A DNA stretch of 64,000 nt from Hypanus sabinus (Eukaryota). The first letter of the stretch is position 1; every line of letters begins with the position of its first letter. Location of the stretch: the NCBI RefSeq assembly GCF_030144855.1, contig NC_082728.1, forward strand, positions 33,046,001 through 33,110,000. The letters run 5' to 3'. Positions 35,881-47,757 of this stretch are shown piece by piece. The notes beneath the pieces are model-generated. The model worked only from the letters and a program-made list of their open reading frames with translations, did no database searches and was not told where the DNA came from. A program made the translations under genes and the position numbers.

Positions 35881-38568
35881 AAACTATAATGTGTTGCATT
35901 TATGAAATCGATGAACTCCTGCAGAGAAAACGAATTACATTTCTGCATGCAACAAAAACATTTTGAACTCCGAAAAAAAGACAGGTTGAAGTTTACTTTT
36001 AAGTAAAATAATCAATGTCTATTTGAGTCCTTCTTGTATTTATGAAAAACACTGAACCTACATTGTCCACCAGCAGCAAACCAAAAATAACGACAGCCAG
36101 CTGTCAACCTGAAAAATAAAAGGACTATTTCACTGAACAATGAAAAAATATGAATATATGTAAAATAATAGGCAATTAAAATATTTATCATACTTGGTTA
36201 ATGGGATTTCTGCTCCTGGACCTCAGCACACAGTGTCTGCACATCAGGGCTGTATGACGTCACCTTCATCTTTACACAGGATCGCAAGCTGTCATCTGTG
36301 AGGCGTGCGCGATGTTTGTTTTTAATACAGTTCATGTTGGAGAACACCTGCTCATACACATATGTTGATCCAAAGATCGACAGGACGCCAAGCGCATACT
36401 TTTTAATGTTTACATAAATGTCGGGGATAGCATTCCATGTTTCGAACACAAGTTTGTCCGGTTTGGGGAGGTTTTCAATATCACTCCATTTGTGATTCTG
36501 AGCAAGAACGGCCTTCTGACGGGCAACATCTTCAAGGTCTGCTGTCAAGCGTCTAAACTTGGACACCCATATGTCTTTGTCGGCTATGTCGGCCAGTTCC
36601 ATCTCAAGATCAGGTTGACTCACACCTGCCAATGCAGTCGTATTCAGTGGGATGGATTGATGCTTAGGGGAGTGACCAGGAAGGATAATGTGTTTTTTAC
36701 CTCTCTGAACTCACAGAAGCGTTTCCCAAACGATGTTTGCATTGCGATGATTGCAGAATGTAAATACCCCGAATTTATCATGTCGTGAGCTTGTTTGAAC
36801 TCTCTCAAATTGGGGAAGTGAGACAATGTGCCTTTCTGTAAATCTCTGGCAAGCACTGTCAACTTGTGCTGGAATGCCAAAACATCCTCCAACATGTGCA
36901 GGGCTGTGCATCCTTTCCCCTGAAGAGCTGTGTTCAGTGTGTTCAGGTGCGCTGTCATGTCTACCATGAAGTATAGCTTTTACAGGCACTCTGGCTGTTC
37001 CAGCTCAGGAAAGGTGAGACCTTTACTGCCCAGCAAAGTTTTCACTTCTTCCAGACACACGACAAAGCGTTTCAGCACCTCCCCTCTTGACAGCCACCGG
37101 ACTTTGTTGTGCAGCAGGAGATCAGAATATGCGCTTTCCAGCTCGTCCAGTAACAAACGGAATTAACGGTGATTTAAACTTCTTGCCATTATTTTATTGA
37201 CAATCTGAATGACAAGATCCATTACTTCCATGCATTCCGTAGGAAATGTTTGAGCGCACAGTGCCTCTTGGTGCAAGATGCAGTGAAAAGTCAGCAGCTT
37301 TCTGTCCAGCGACTTCTGCAGTAAAGCCACAAATCCCTTGTGCGCTCCTGTCATACTTGGTGCCCCATCAGTAGCTACTGACACCAGGTGGGTGGTCTTT
37401 ATTACTTTGGCTCTTAAACAATTCAAGACAGCCTCACAGATGTCCTCCCCCCGTGTCTGGCCTTTTAGAGGTATCAACTCAATCATTTCTTCCTGTGGCC
37501 CGGCAGAGTTTACATACCGGTGGAACAGCGCTAATTGTTCAATATCACCTTTGTCTTTAGACTCGTTACAGGCAACCGAGTAGGCCACAGCTGAATTGAT
37601 GTCTTTAATTTACTGTCTTCTGATGTCATCTGCCATTTTTATGGTTCTGTCTTTGACAGTCTTTGCAGAGAGGGGCATATCCCTGATTTTCTGCACTATT
37701 TCACTCTTGTTTTTAAAGTCCGTGAATAGATGTTCTGAAATCTTAATGAAAGATTCTTTTATATATTCACCATCTGTAAACTGCTTCCCGTGCCTGACTA
37801 TTTCCTGAGCGGCAACAAAACTAGCATATGTCGTTGATTTTCCAGACATCATCCACTTCTTGAAATGATTTTTGCTGAGATCAACCTTCCGCATCAGTTC
37901 CGAAACGGCTTTTTTTCTCTCATCTCCATCCGGATATTTTTGAGCAAAGGCTGCGTGTTTATTCTGGAAATGTCTTGCGAATTTGACTTTTTGTTGTTTG
38001 CTAGTTTCTCATTGCATATTAAGCATACCGGTAAACCAGTCTCGTCAGCAGTGAAAGCAAATGAATCTGCCCACGTATCATTAAATGTTCTGTTTTCTTC
38101 AGTCACTTTTCTTTTTTTTTAAGAATTCTCCATAGTTAGCCTACCTTGGATCGAAAAATTAAAGAAATCGCGCACTGGCGGGTGTCAGGCATTGGCCGTG
38201 GTGACGTATATTAATAGCGACAAACAACGCGTTTTATTTAGATTGTACAAGATCACCATAATCTTCAAATTTAGAATTACATTTCAAAAACTAACAAACT
38301 AACATAAAATACATTTTAATTAAATACTCATCATTTATTTTCCAAAGCCATAGGGAGCCGCAGCACAGAGATGAAAGAATCGGATGCGGCTCCGGAGCCG
38401 CGGGTTGCCGACCCCTGGTTTATACATAGCATAAAGGCAAAAAAAAAATGTTGTATGCAGTGTTATTTCATTTTAAATGTCAAACGGGTTTTGTGGCTCC
38501 CAGTGTTTTCTTTTCTGTGAGAGACGGGTCCAAATGGCTCTTTCAGTGGTAAAGGTTGCCGACCCCTG
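35881..38568 (-). mobile_element. hAT DNA transposon (SPIN/Charlie-like, GTF2IRD2-type transposase), rearranged
   Basis: Transposase fragments 38106 to 36198: BED-like CLIC, SVATDGAPSM, FHCILHQEAL and the hATC motif SIFGSTYVYEQVFS. TIR gttgccgacccctg occurs at 38404-38417 and 38555-38568. 8-bp TSD GCTTAAAC/GCTTAGAC. Confidence 0.92.
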
Positions 38569-38822
38569 GCTTAGACAATGGTTCAGCTTTTATCCAGAAA
38601 GTGGTCAAACTGCTACTACAGGCGCTGAGGACAAAGCAAAGATTTGGATGTGTATACCACCCTCAGTCGCAGGGCATGGTAGAGAGAATTAATGGAACCC
38701 TGAAAGCCAAACTAAACAAAATTTGTGCAGACACTAAACTTAATTGGGTCGATGCTTTACCGTTAGCATTGATGAGTTACCACATGCAAACTAATCGAAT
38801 GACATGCCTGACACCGCATGAG
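38569..38822 (+). pseudogene. pol: ERV integrase, C-half of catalytic core
   Basis: Resumes exactly after the hAT: LDNGSAF...YHPQSQGMVERINGTLK...LTPHE, then an abrupt junction to env. Confidence 0.9.
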
Positions 38823-39416
38823 ATTGCTGCAGGCTGGGAAGCTGTCATACCTGTGATAGGGGTAAGCAAAAATGTTTAATGGATAAACTACATATACTAT
38901 AATCAACAGAGATTCATCAACTACACCGATGATGCACTGGAGGCCTTAGGGCAACAGCTAGATGCAACTAGCAGGATGGCGTGGCAAAACAGACAGGTAC
39001 TGGATTGGCTTTTGGCAGGAAAAGGGGGTGTGTGTGTAATGTTTGGAGAACAATGCTGCACTTTCATACTGAACAATACTAGCCCAGAAAGGTCTTTCAC
39101 CAGAGCAATGAATAAATTAAAGAATCTGCGGACGGAGGTCAAACAGAATGCAGGGTTCGGACATCAGTTTTTTGATTGGTTAGAAAGTAGACTCAGAGGA
39201 TGGGGAGCATGGCTGACTAAAATGGCAATAACTGTCAGTATTGTAATGTTGAGCTGTGCGTTTGTGCTGTGCTGTTTTCTTCCTTGTCTCAAATCTCTTA
39301 TAGTGCGTGCTGCAACCAAACAATTTCCGATGCTCGTGGCAATTACCGAAGCAAGCTTAGTGAAGAAAGAAACACCGAAAATGTTATCGTTACAGCCTAC
39401 AACACCTGCAGGATGA
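38823..39416 (+). pseudogene. env: ERV env TM subunit remnant
   Basis: WINYIYYNQQRFINYT heptad, QNRQVLDWLL immunosuppressive-domain-like motif, CVMFGEQCC (CX6CC) and a hydrophobic anchor. Open from 38880 to 39416; SU is absent. Confidence 0.88.
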
Positions 39417-39447
39417 ACAAGAGCAAAACGACAGTGTGGGAGTAGAT

Positions 39448-40151
39448 TGTAAGGGCTTATGAGTCTTTTTCCCTGTCTCAGGTACAAAGGGACAGGTTTT
39501 TTTGGCTCAGCGGCCCAGGGTAACAGGGAGAGAATACTTTTGAGGACTTGGTGCAGAAAATTATAGTTTAACCTGAGATTTGGGAATAAATGTTTGAGTT
39601 TATTGAGGCTTTTGTGCGCGGACTCTTAGTCTTCTTTCTCTGTGTGAGTCCCTCTGGGTCTCAAAGGGCGTTTATATATATTTTGGAGTATAAAAATATT
39701 ATGGAGTATAAAACTTGTATCATTTGCTGTGTAACTAGTCAGTTTGCTATGTATGTACTCAATTTAGTAGAATGAAATCTTAGGAATGTAGAAGACAAAT
39801 GGTGTGTTAATATATGGTAATGAGAGGTAGCAGGGAGATGTAGTCAGCTTTGAAACTTGCTATTTGCTATGCATGTACCCAATTTAGCAAGAGAACGAAA
39901 TCTTAGGAATGTAAAAGACAATGGTGTGTTAATGGAAGTTAGCTAAAGAGATGTAGATTAGAACTGTACATGTGGTACATGTGAAACTAGACCAGGATTT
40001 TGCTATAAAAAATGCCGTGTCTGAGGATCGGTGGGCAATCAGCGACTAGTTCAATGACTGTCTCAGCTTTGATTTGCAAATTAAAGTTCAACCCTTCTTG
40101 AAGAATCTGCTGCGTCTCCTGGTCATTTGTGAGGCACGAAAAACCATGACA
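39448..40151 (+). repeat. ERV 3-prime LTR
   Basis: TGTAAGGG...ATGACA after a purine-rich tract, with an internal tandem unit of about 120 bp. The 5-prime boundary is inferred from TG and the PPT only. Confidence 0.75.
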
Positions 40152-42377
40152 GTAGCAGGTGAGTTAAGTCGGGTAAGGGGGCCGCCACCTGACTGTAGTT
40201 TCTGATGAACCGGCGGTAGAAGTTCGGCGGTAGAACACCGTTGGTGTCGCTTGCGGTCCGTGGGTTTGGGCCACCCTGCCACAGCCTGGATCTTCTCAGG
40301 ATCAGCTCTCACCTGTCCACGCTCGATGATATACCCTAGGAAGCTGACCGAGGGGACGAGGAATTCGCATTTCTCTGCCTTTATGAATAATTTATTCTCC
40401 CCCAGCCTCTGCAGGACTTGATGGACGTGTTGGACGTGTTGCTGGGGACTGCTGGAAAAGATCGGGGTATCATCCAGGTAGACAAACACACAGCGGTTAA
40501 GGAAGTCTTTTAGACATCATTAATCAAGGCTTGAAAAACTGTGGGGGTATTGGTGAGGCCGAAAGGCATGACTAATTACTTGAAGTGGCCTAACGGGGTA
40601 TTGAAAGCCGTCTTCCACTCGTCCCCCTCCCTTATCCGGACCAAATGGTAGGCATTTCGGAGATCCAACTTCAAGAAGATGGTGGCTCCATGAAATGGCT
40701 CGAACGCAGAACATAAGAGGCAGTGGGTACTTGTTCTTAATGGTGATATGATTTAGGCCTCGGTAACCGATGCAGGGATGGAGAGAGCCGTCCTTCCCCA
40801 CAAAGAATCCAGCACCCACCGAGGAGGATGAGGGTCGAATAATAGGGCCGCGAGAGACACACTAATGTATTTCTCCATGGCTTCTTTCTGAGGCCGGGAC
40901 AAGTTATACAGGTGACTGGTGGGTAACGAGGACCCGGGAAGAAGGTGGATAACACAGTCATACGGGCGGTGTGGAGGCAGGGAAAGAGCATGTTGCTTGC
41001 TGAATACCTGTCCCAGGTCATGATATTCTGTGGGAACTCTGGACAAGTCGAGAGTTTCAAAGACGGGCGAGGTCACTGTATCCTCCCTAGGGGATAGGGT
41101 TGACTTCAGACGGGTGGCGTGGCAAAATGGGCTCCAGCTGGCTATCCTCCCGGTAGACCGATAAATGTCAGGGTTTTGGCGGCGTAGCCAGGGGTATCCA
41201 AGTACTATCGGGGCTTGAGGAGAGGAGATTAGGTTAAATTGTACCTGCTCCCGATGATTCCCAGAGAGGATCAAAGACAGTGGAGTAGTAGGGTGAGTGA
41301 CTCGAGCCAGTACCCGCCCTTCCAGAGGGGTAGACAGCGGCTCCCGAGGAATTCCGGCCTGGACAGCTATGTCTTCATCCAACAGATTCCCCTCAGTACT
41401 GGAGTCTATCAAGGTAGACAAGGACAAGGACTGTCGATTGTAGGTTACAGAAGCTTGGATCTGCATCCAGGCTTGGGGAACCGAAGGGAGATTCACCAGA
41501 ACAGTTGGAGTGGGGGCTACACTAGGAGCGGACGGGGAAGAGAGGCTGGCTGAAGATGTTAAGGTGGGCTGTAGGATGACCCGCGGAGCGGGGTGACTGG
41601 TCTTTTCTCTCAGATGTTCTCGAAGTCGATTATCTAGCCTGGTGGCTAGAGAGACCAGAGTCCAGGCTGTTCGCATCATCCCTGGCCGCTAATTCAATTT
41701 TTGTCAGAGAGACCCGGTCGAAACACTTCATGTAGTGCTTCGTCATTCCACCCAGAATCAGCCGCTAATGTTCGGAACTCTACAGAGTATTTCGCTACGC
41801 TTCGCGAGCCCTGACCGAGAGTCAGAAGGCGCCTAGTGGCGCCCTTCCCGCGAATGGGATGTTCCAAAACTTTCCTCATCTCCGAGATGAAGGTGGAGAA
41901 GGAGGAACAGACCTCTGGCCGGTTGTCTCAGATCGCGGTGGCCCATGATAAGGCATCCCTTCCTAACAGCCCCATGATGTACGCAATTTTGATCTGTCCG
42001 AACTGTACGTACGTGGCTGTTGCTCAAAAACCAGAGAGCACTGCTGTAAGAAAGCCCAGCACCTTCCTAGGTCCCCAGTGTAGGGTTCTGGTTCAGGTAC
42101 GTAAGGCTCTCGAGGTGATTGTGTTACCGAGCCCAGGGGTGTAGCCATCCCAGGCTGTGCGGTTTGGTCAGACTGGGTTCTTGGAAAGGACAGAGTAAGG
42201 GGAGCGGATACCCGAACAACCTGCTCACTGACCTTCTTTACATCCTCAGGTAGGGCATGAAGATCTTTCATGACTTCTCTGAGTAGTTGATCATGTATGC
42301 CCAGTAGGGAGCCCTGGCTAAGGAGGGCCTGTTGCACCAGGTCCATGTCCACTGGGTGCATTCTGGCTAGTTCGTTC

Positions 42378-42741
42378 TGTTACACGGGGGCAACAGAGGA
42401 GAACCCAAGTGCAGGACACTGGCACGTCAACTCATTTGGGGAGGCTGGTGTAGACCTGAACATAGAGCAGGAAACCAGAGGAATCTTGACAAGGAGACGG
42501 GATTCACATGGACTCTCTAGAAACTAGAGCAGAACTTAGAACTACTGGTTCTAATCAGAACCAGGAAGAAAGTATCCAACAAACTAGCAACCTGTGATAG
42601 AGTCATCCTTGTATTTATTTACCAGTCTCTGTTGAAAGCCAGGTGTACGATTATTGGGTAACTAGCAGCAATTGACTGAAATTGGGGCATGATCAGGGAG
42701 AAAGAAGTGTTAAGAGGGAACTGCCAACCAGAACCATTACA
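42378..42741 (-). repeat. 5-prime LTR of the sushi-type element
   Basis: Matches 26837-27211; the gag ATG follows 17 nt downstream on the minus strand. Confidence 0.9.
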
Positions 42742-44550
42742 GCATATAAGGTGAAGGAGAATCCTAAGGGTGTCTATAGATATATTAAGAGCAAAAGGAT
42801 CGCAAGGAACAACATTGGACTTCTGGAAGATCAGAGTGGTAATCTATGTATGGAGCTGAATGAGACGGGGGAGAATGTAAATGGAGTTTTTGCGTCTGTA
42901 TTTACTCAGGAGAGGGTTACAAGGTCTATATAAGTTCATCAATGCAGCTGCGAGGCTATGCACTCTTTACAGATAACAGAGGAGGAGGTGTCATGACGCA
43001 AATTTAGGTGGATGAGTTCCCAGGGCCTGACAAGGGAGGCCAGTGCAGAAACTGCAAGGGCCCTAGCTGAGACATTTAAACATCCTTAGTCTCAGGTGAG
43101 GGGCCATAGGATTGGATAATAGCTAATGACTTTTCTCTAAGAATAATCTCTTAGAATAAGATAGGAAATTGGAGGCTGGCGAACCTTATGTCAGTAGTAG
43201 GAAAGTTATTGGAAGGTATTCTGACGGATACCCTCAATATAACTATTTGGATAGACAAGGACCAATTAGGGATAGTCAGCATGGCTTTGTGCATGGCAGG
43301 TCATGTCTAACCAATCTTACTTAAAGAGTTTTTTTGAGGAAGTTACCAGGAAAGTTGATGAAGGCAAAGCAGTGGATGTTGGCTGCATGGACTTTAGCAA
43401 ACCCTTTGACAAGGTCCTACATGGGAGGTTGGTCAAGAAGCTTGAATCACTTGCCATTCAACATGAGGCAGTAAATTGGATTCAACATTGTCTTTGCAGG
43501 AGAAGTCAGAGAGAGGTGGTAGATGGTTGCCTCTCCGACTCGAGGCCTGTGACCAGTGGACTGCCTTTGGGACTGGTGCTGGGTCCTTTGTTTGTCATCT
43601 ATATCAATGAACTGAATGATACTGTGGCAAATTGGATCATAAAATTTATGGTGGCACCAAAATTGCAGGTGTAGTGGAAAGCAAGGAATACTATCAAAGT
43701 TTGGAGTGGGACCAGGACCAGCTGGAAAAGTGAGTTGCAAAATGGCAGATGGAATTTAATGCAGACAAGTGTGAGGTGTTGCACTTTGGGAAGTTCAAGC
43801 AGTGTTGGTCTTACACAGTGAGTGGCAGGACAGTGAGGAGTATAATAAAGCAGTGAGATTTGGGAATACAGTTTCATAATTCCTTGAATTCCTTTTCAAA
43901 GGTTGATAAGGTCATAAATAAACATTTTGGAATGTTGCCCTTCATAAATCAACATAGTAGTGCAGGAGTTGAGATGTAATGTTGAAATTGTATAAGATGT
44001 TGGTGACACCTAATTTGGTGTAATGTGTGTTGATTTGGTCACCTACCCAAAGGAAATCTGCAAACAAGATTGAAAGAGTACAGAGAAGATTTACATAGAT
44101 GTTGAGGGGACATGAGGACCTGAGTTATATGGAAAGGTTGAATAGGTTAGGATGATATTCCTTAGAACACAGAAGGTTGAGAGGAGATTTGATAGAGGTG
44201 TACAAATTTATGAGGTGTATCGCTGGGGGAAATGCAAGCAGGCTTTTTCAGCTGAGGTTGGGTGAGATGGGAACTAAAGAACATGGGCTAAGGGTGAAAG
44301 GTGAAATGTTTAAACGGAACATGAGAGGGAGCTGCTTCACTCAGAGGGTGGTGAGATTGTGGAGTGAGCTGCCAGTGCAAGTGATGGATGGGGAGTTGAT
44401 TACACCATTTTACATAAATTTGGATAAGTACATGAATGAAAGGGGTATGGAGGACTGTTGGTCAACGGGACTAGGAAGACTGATGCTTCAGCATGGACTA
44501 GATGGGCCGAAGGGCCTGTTTCTGTGCTGTAGTGTTTTTTGTCTCTATGC
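42742..44550 (+). mobile_element. CR1 LINE, right part
   Basis: Continues the CR1 ORF2 interrupted at 26836 (MDFSKPFDKVLHG, LVLGPLF, MRGDLIEVYK) through to the 3-prime UTR. Confidence 0.88.
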
Positions 44551-44769
44551 TCCATGTAGATCACAGGAAATGAAATGCATCAGTCAAGGCTGTGTTGTGG
44601 AAGACGTTGGGATGTCATAAATTCATCTGTGATCTTACTGACTAAGGGCGCACACTGGAGGGACATCTGGCCAGTTATTTTCTGTAAGCTTTTCCCGTGT
44701 TCGCGCTAGTTCATGTGTTTGTTAGTGAGGACTCCTAAAAGGAGATCAAAAATTCATTTAAAAATAATT

Positions 44770-45330
44770 TTTAAAAAATAGTTCAAGTTTCAAAATAAAT
44801 TTATTATGAAATTACTTTATGTCGCCATATACTGCCTTGAGATTCATTTTCTTGAAGGCATTTACTTTAAAACATAAACTGCTGTATAATAGAATCAATG
44901 AAAAACTACACATAAAGATTTACAAACAATGAATGTACAAAAGAAGACAAATGGCAAAAATAAAATCAGATATAGTGAATAAATAATACTGAGAACAGGA
45001 ATTGGAGAGTTCTTGAAAGTGTGCCCATAGGTTGAGAGAGGTCATCCACACAGATTCAGGAGCCTGATGGTTGTCGGGTAATCACTATTCCTGAACCTGT
45101 TGCTGCTGGACCTATAGCTCTTGTACCTCCTTCCCATTGTCAACATAAAGAAGTGAGCATAGGCTGGACGGTGCAGATGATTAATGTTGATTGTGGCTTT
45201 TTTGTGGCAGTGCTACTTGTCGATGTGCTCAGTGGTGGGGAGAGCTTAGCCTGTGATGGATTAAGTTGTATCCAACACTTTTTGCAGACTTCTCCATTCT
45301 TGTAAGTGATCTTATCATCCTTGTTTCTTT
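44770..45330 (-). mobile_element. Rex1-like LINE remnants
   Basis: Inverted 3-prime-tail pattern (aagttcaagtttcaaaataaatttatt) and degenerate coding sequence. Family assigned from memory. Confidence 0.45.
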
Positions 45331-46189
45331 GTCAATAGGGTCTGAGATAATATCAGCACCCAGGATGAAAAGCCAAATGTGACATTTGCACCACATAACC
45401 TCCCGCAGAGATCCTTTCAATAATTCCAAGTGCTCTACTGTCAACACTGATCAGAACATCAGAGATTTAAGACATAGCAAGTGTTGGAATCTTAAGCAAA
45501 AACAAACCTCTGGAGGAAGTCAGTGAGTGAAGCTGCTTGACCCCATGAGTTCATCGGCAGATTATATTCTGATCAGCACCTCGTCTGGATCAATCACTGG
45601 AGAGATGACGATCAAAGCAGGTCAAAGAACAGAGGGCTTATTATTTTCTGTAAAGTTGGTAAATTTTTGAGAGCAGTAATTGGGAACAGATGTACTCTGG
45701 GAAATTTATATTGGAAATATGGAGCTTGCTTAGGTAGTATTTGCATGGGGTTCTGGATTAGTTCTCTTGTTGAGACAGGGAAAGATTGGAAGGGAGAAGG
45801 AACTATAATTGACATGAGAGGTGGAGCACCTAGTCAAGAATTTTAGCAAGGAACAATCAGATTTGGACACTCTTTATTTGGACAAGAGACTTGAGAGTTG
45901 CAAGGTAGCAAGAAAAAAAACATAATAAACATAAGAGAGTTAAAAAGGGATGTGATAAAGCTTTGATGAATAGGATTAAGAAAAACCCCAAGGCTTCTAC
46001 ACATATATGAAGAACAGGAAGGTGAATACTTTGTTATAGGTCTTCAGAGATCTGTAGCTCCTCCCTGATGTTCATGAGGAGAAAATGACATGCCCTGATG
46101 GTGAATGATGGATGCCTAGTTCTTAAATAACCGCCTTTTGAAGATGTCCTTGATAGCTGGGAGGGTTGTGCCTCTATCTGGAAATTTAT

Positions 46190-46380
46190 TCAAGAGGGAG
46201 CAGTGTACATGAGAACAGTTTCTGTGGTGCCACAGAGAACAAGTGGCAGCTGTGAAAAGAGAGAATGAACAGCCGAAATACCTAACCACAAACCACAGCT
46301 ACCATTTATTTTTGCCCACATTGCACCAGAATATGTGGTTCCTTTATCAGCCTCTACAGCCATCTGAGGACCCAACAATA
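46190..46380 (+). mobile_element. RTE-clade LINE 3-prime end
   Basis: One frame reads YFCPHCTRICGSFISLYSHLRTQ, the C2H2-like C-terminal motif of RTE ORFs. Confidence 0.6.
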
Positions 46381-47757
46381 GGCAACCCCTTAGAGAACAT
46401 CATATTCAACTCAAGTGATTGCACTACTACTATGGCTATTGATGACAATAAACTCAACTTTGACTTGACTTTAGTGTAGGTAACAGGAGACAAATGATTG
46501 GAAATAAATTAGATTTGGACCCCCTTTATCCATAGATTTAAAACAAATTGAGAATGTGTTACCTGTAGTTTTTGATGGGAATAAATGGAGAACTTATTGC
46601 TAAATTCTTTACCAGCATGTCAACTGTTTGACCTGTTTACTTGTTATACATTCTATGTTTTTTCTGTTTTTAGTGTTTGTAGATTTACTTTCAGATCAGT
46701 TTCATTCAACAATATCTGCCATTCCTTTCTGAAATTGTGAACATATATATGCTTAAGATACTACTGCTAAAAAAGTCTAGGCACTTAGCTTATGGAAATT
46801 CCATCCTTCTTTCCATAGATGTGATCTGATGTATCCTCTAATACTCCTCTAACACTCCTCTAATAAATTCATGTAATGCTGGTTACAAAATATTGCTATC
46901 ATTCTCTGAGTGGGTATGAATATCAAAATGAATTTACTGATAGTCATTTCTATTGATCGTAAATACAGATTGCAAGTACAAATTCAGTTTTGCCACATGG
47001 CGAATAAAAACGCTTATCGAAAAGGCATAACATTTTCGAGTTTTACTCCACTTCATGGAACAACAGAACTTCAGACAAAATATGTTAATTTCTTTGAAAT
47101 CCATTAATGTTAGGAAAATTATTATTTAACAATAGTCAATGCATACATAAGCAAACTATCACTACAGAAATGAACAGATTAAATAACTTAAAAATGAGTT
47201 TTGTTTTCATGACATTTTGAACCAGATTGTTCATAGCCTTTCATCACATTTAATTCTGCATGTTGCAGATCAAATGTTAACTGCATCATTACCTTCACCT
47301 CCTTTGCCATGCCTGCTTCTGGTCTGCTTAAACCACGTGTTGAAATTTCCAACTTTATTACTTTTACACTGAGTTTCTTGGTTGATATTCCTAATGCCAC
47401 CTAATAGGCAAACATGTCTTTGTCTCAAATACTGCCAACATATTTTAAAATCTCTACTCAGTCTGGACTTAATTAAATTCTATAAATCCTTCAGTACAAT
47501 GACCTTTTAAGATTCTCCAATTCCAGATTATTACACACACCACTTTTAATTGCCTCAGTAGTTCTTGAATTCCCTCCTTTAACATCTTTCCTTTTTTGTC
47601 TTCATGAAAAGTCTGTTGCAAACCTGCATATTTGCAAAACATTTTAGTCTGCTGCTGTAAAATGTTTTTGTATGTAAGGGTGTTAATTTTTGTTGTGGGG
47701 GAAGTTAGAGTCACTTAAATATGTTAAAAGATGAAGATAGTTAAAAGTAACAGAGTC

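Larger units (their letters stand above)
29123..40151 (+). mobile_element. Class I (gamma/epsilon-like) endogenous retrovirus, degenerate
   Basis: LTR, PBS, gag, TAG, pro, 2H, RT, RH, IN, (deletion), env TM, LTR. YVDD RT motif, single CCHC knuckle, in-frame amber stop between gag and pro, and a gamma-type CX6CC TM. Probable 4-bp TSD GTGG/GTAG. Confidence 0.93.
26837..42741 (-). mobile_element. Gypsy LTR retrotransposon, Tf1/sushi chromovirus type, degenerate and interrupted by an ERV
   Basis: LTRs at 26837-27211 and 42378-42741 (TG...CA, roughly 88% identical by eye); 5-bp TSD ACATA/GCATA; PPT at 27212-27228. Gag (MHPVDMDLVQ, 42361), protease (TLIDSS), RT, RNaseH ([13 protein letters not shown]), integrase ([13 protein letters not shown]) and a C-terminal chromodomain ([17 protein letters not shown]) are present. 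Confidence 0.93.

Noticed and set aside
46243-46479. 78-aa ORF as a host exon
   Set aside because: Another frame of the same stretch encodes the RTE LINE C-terminal zinc motif.
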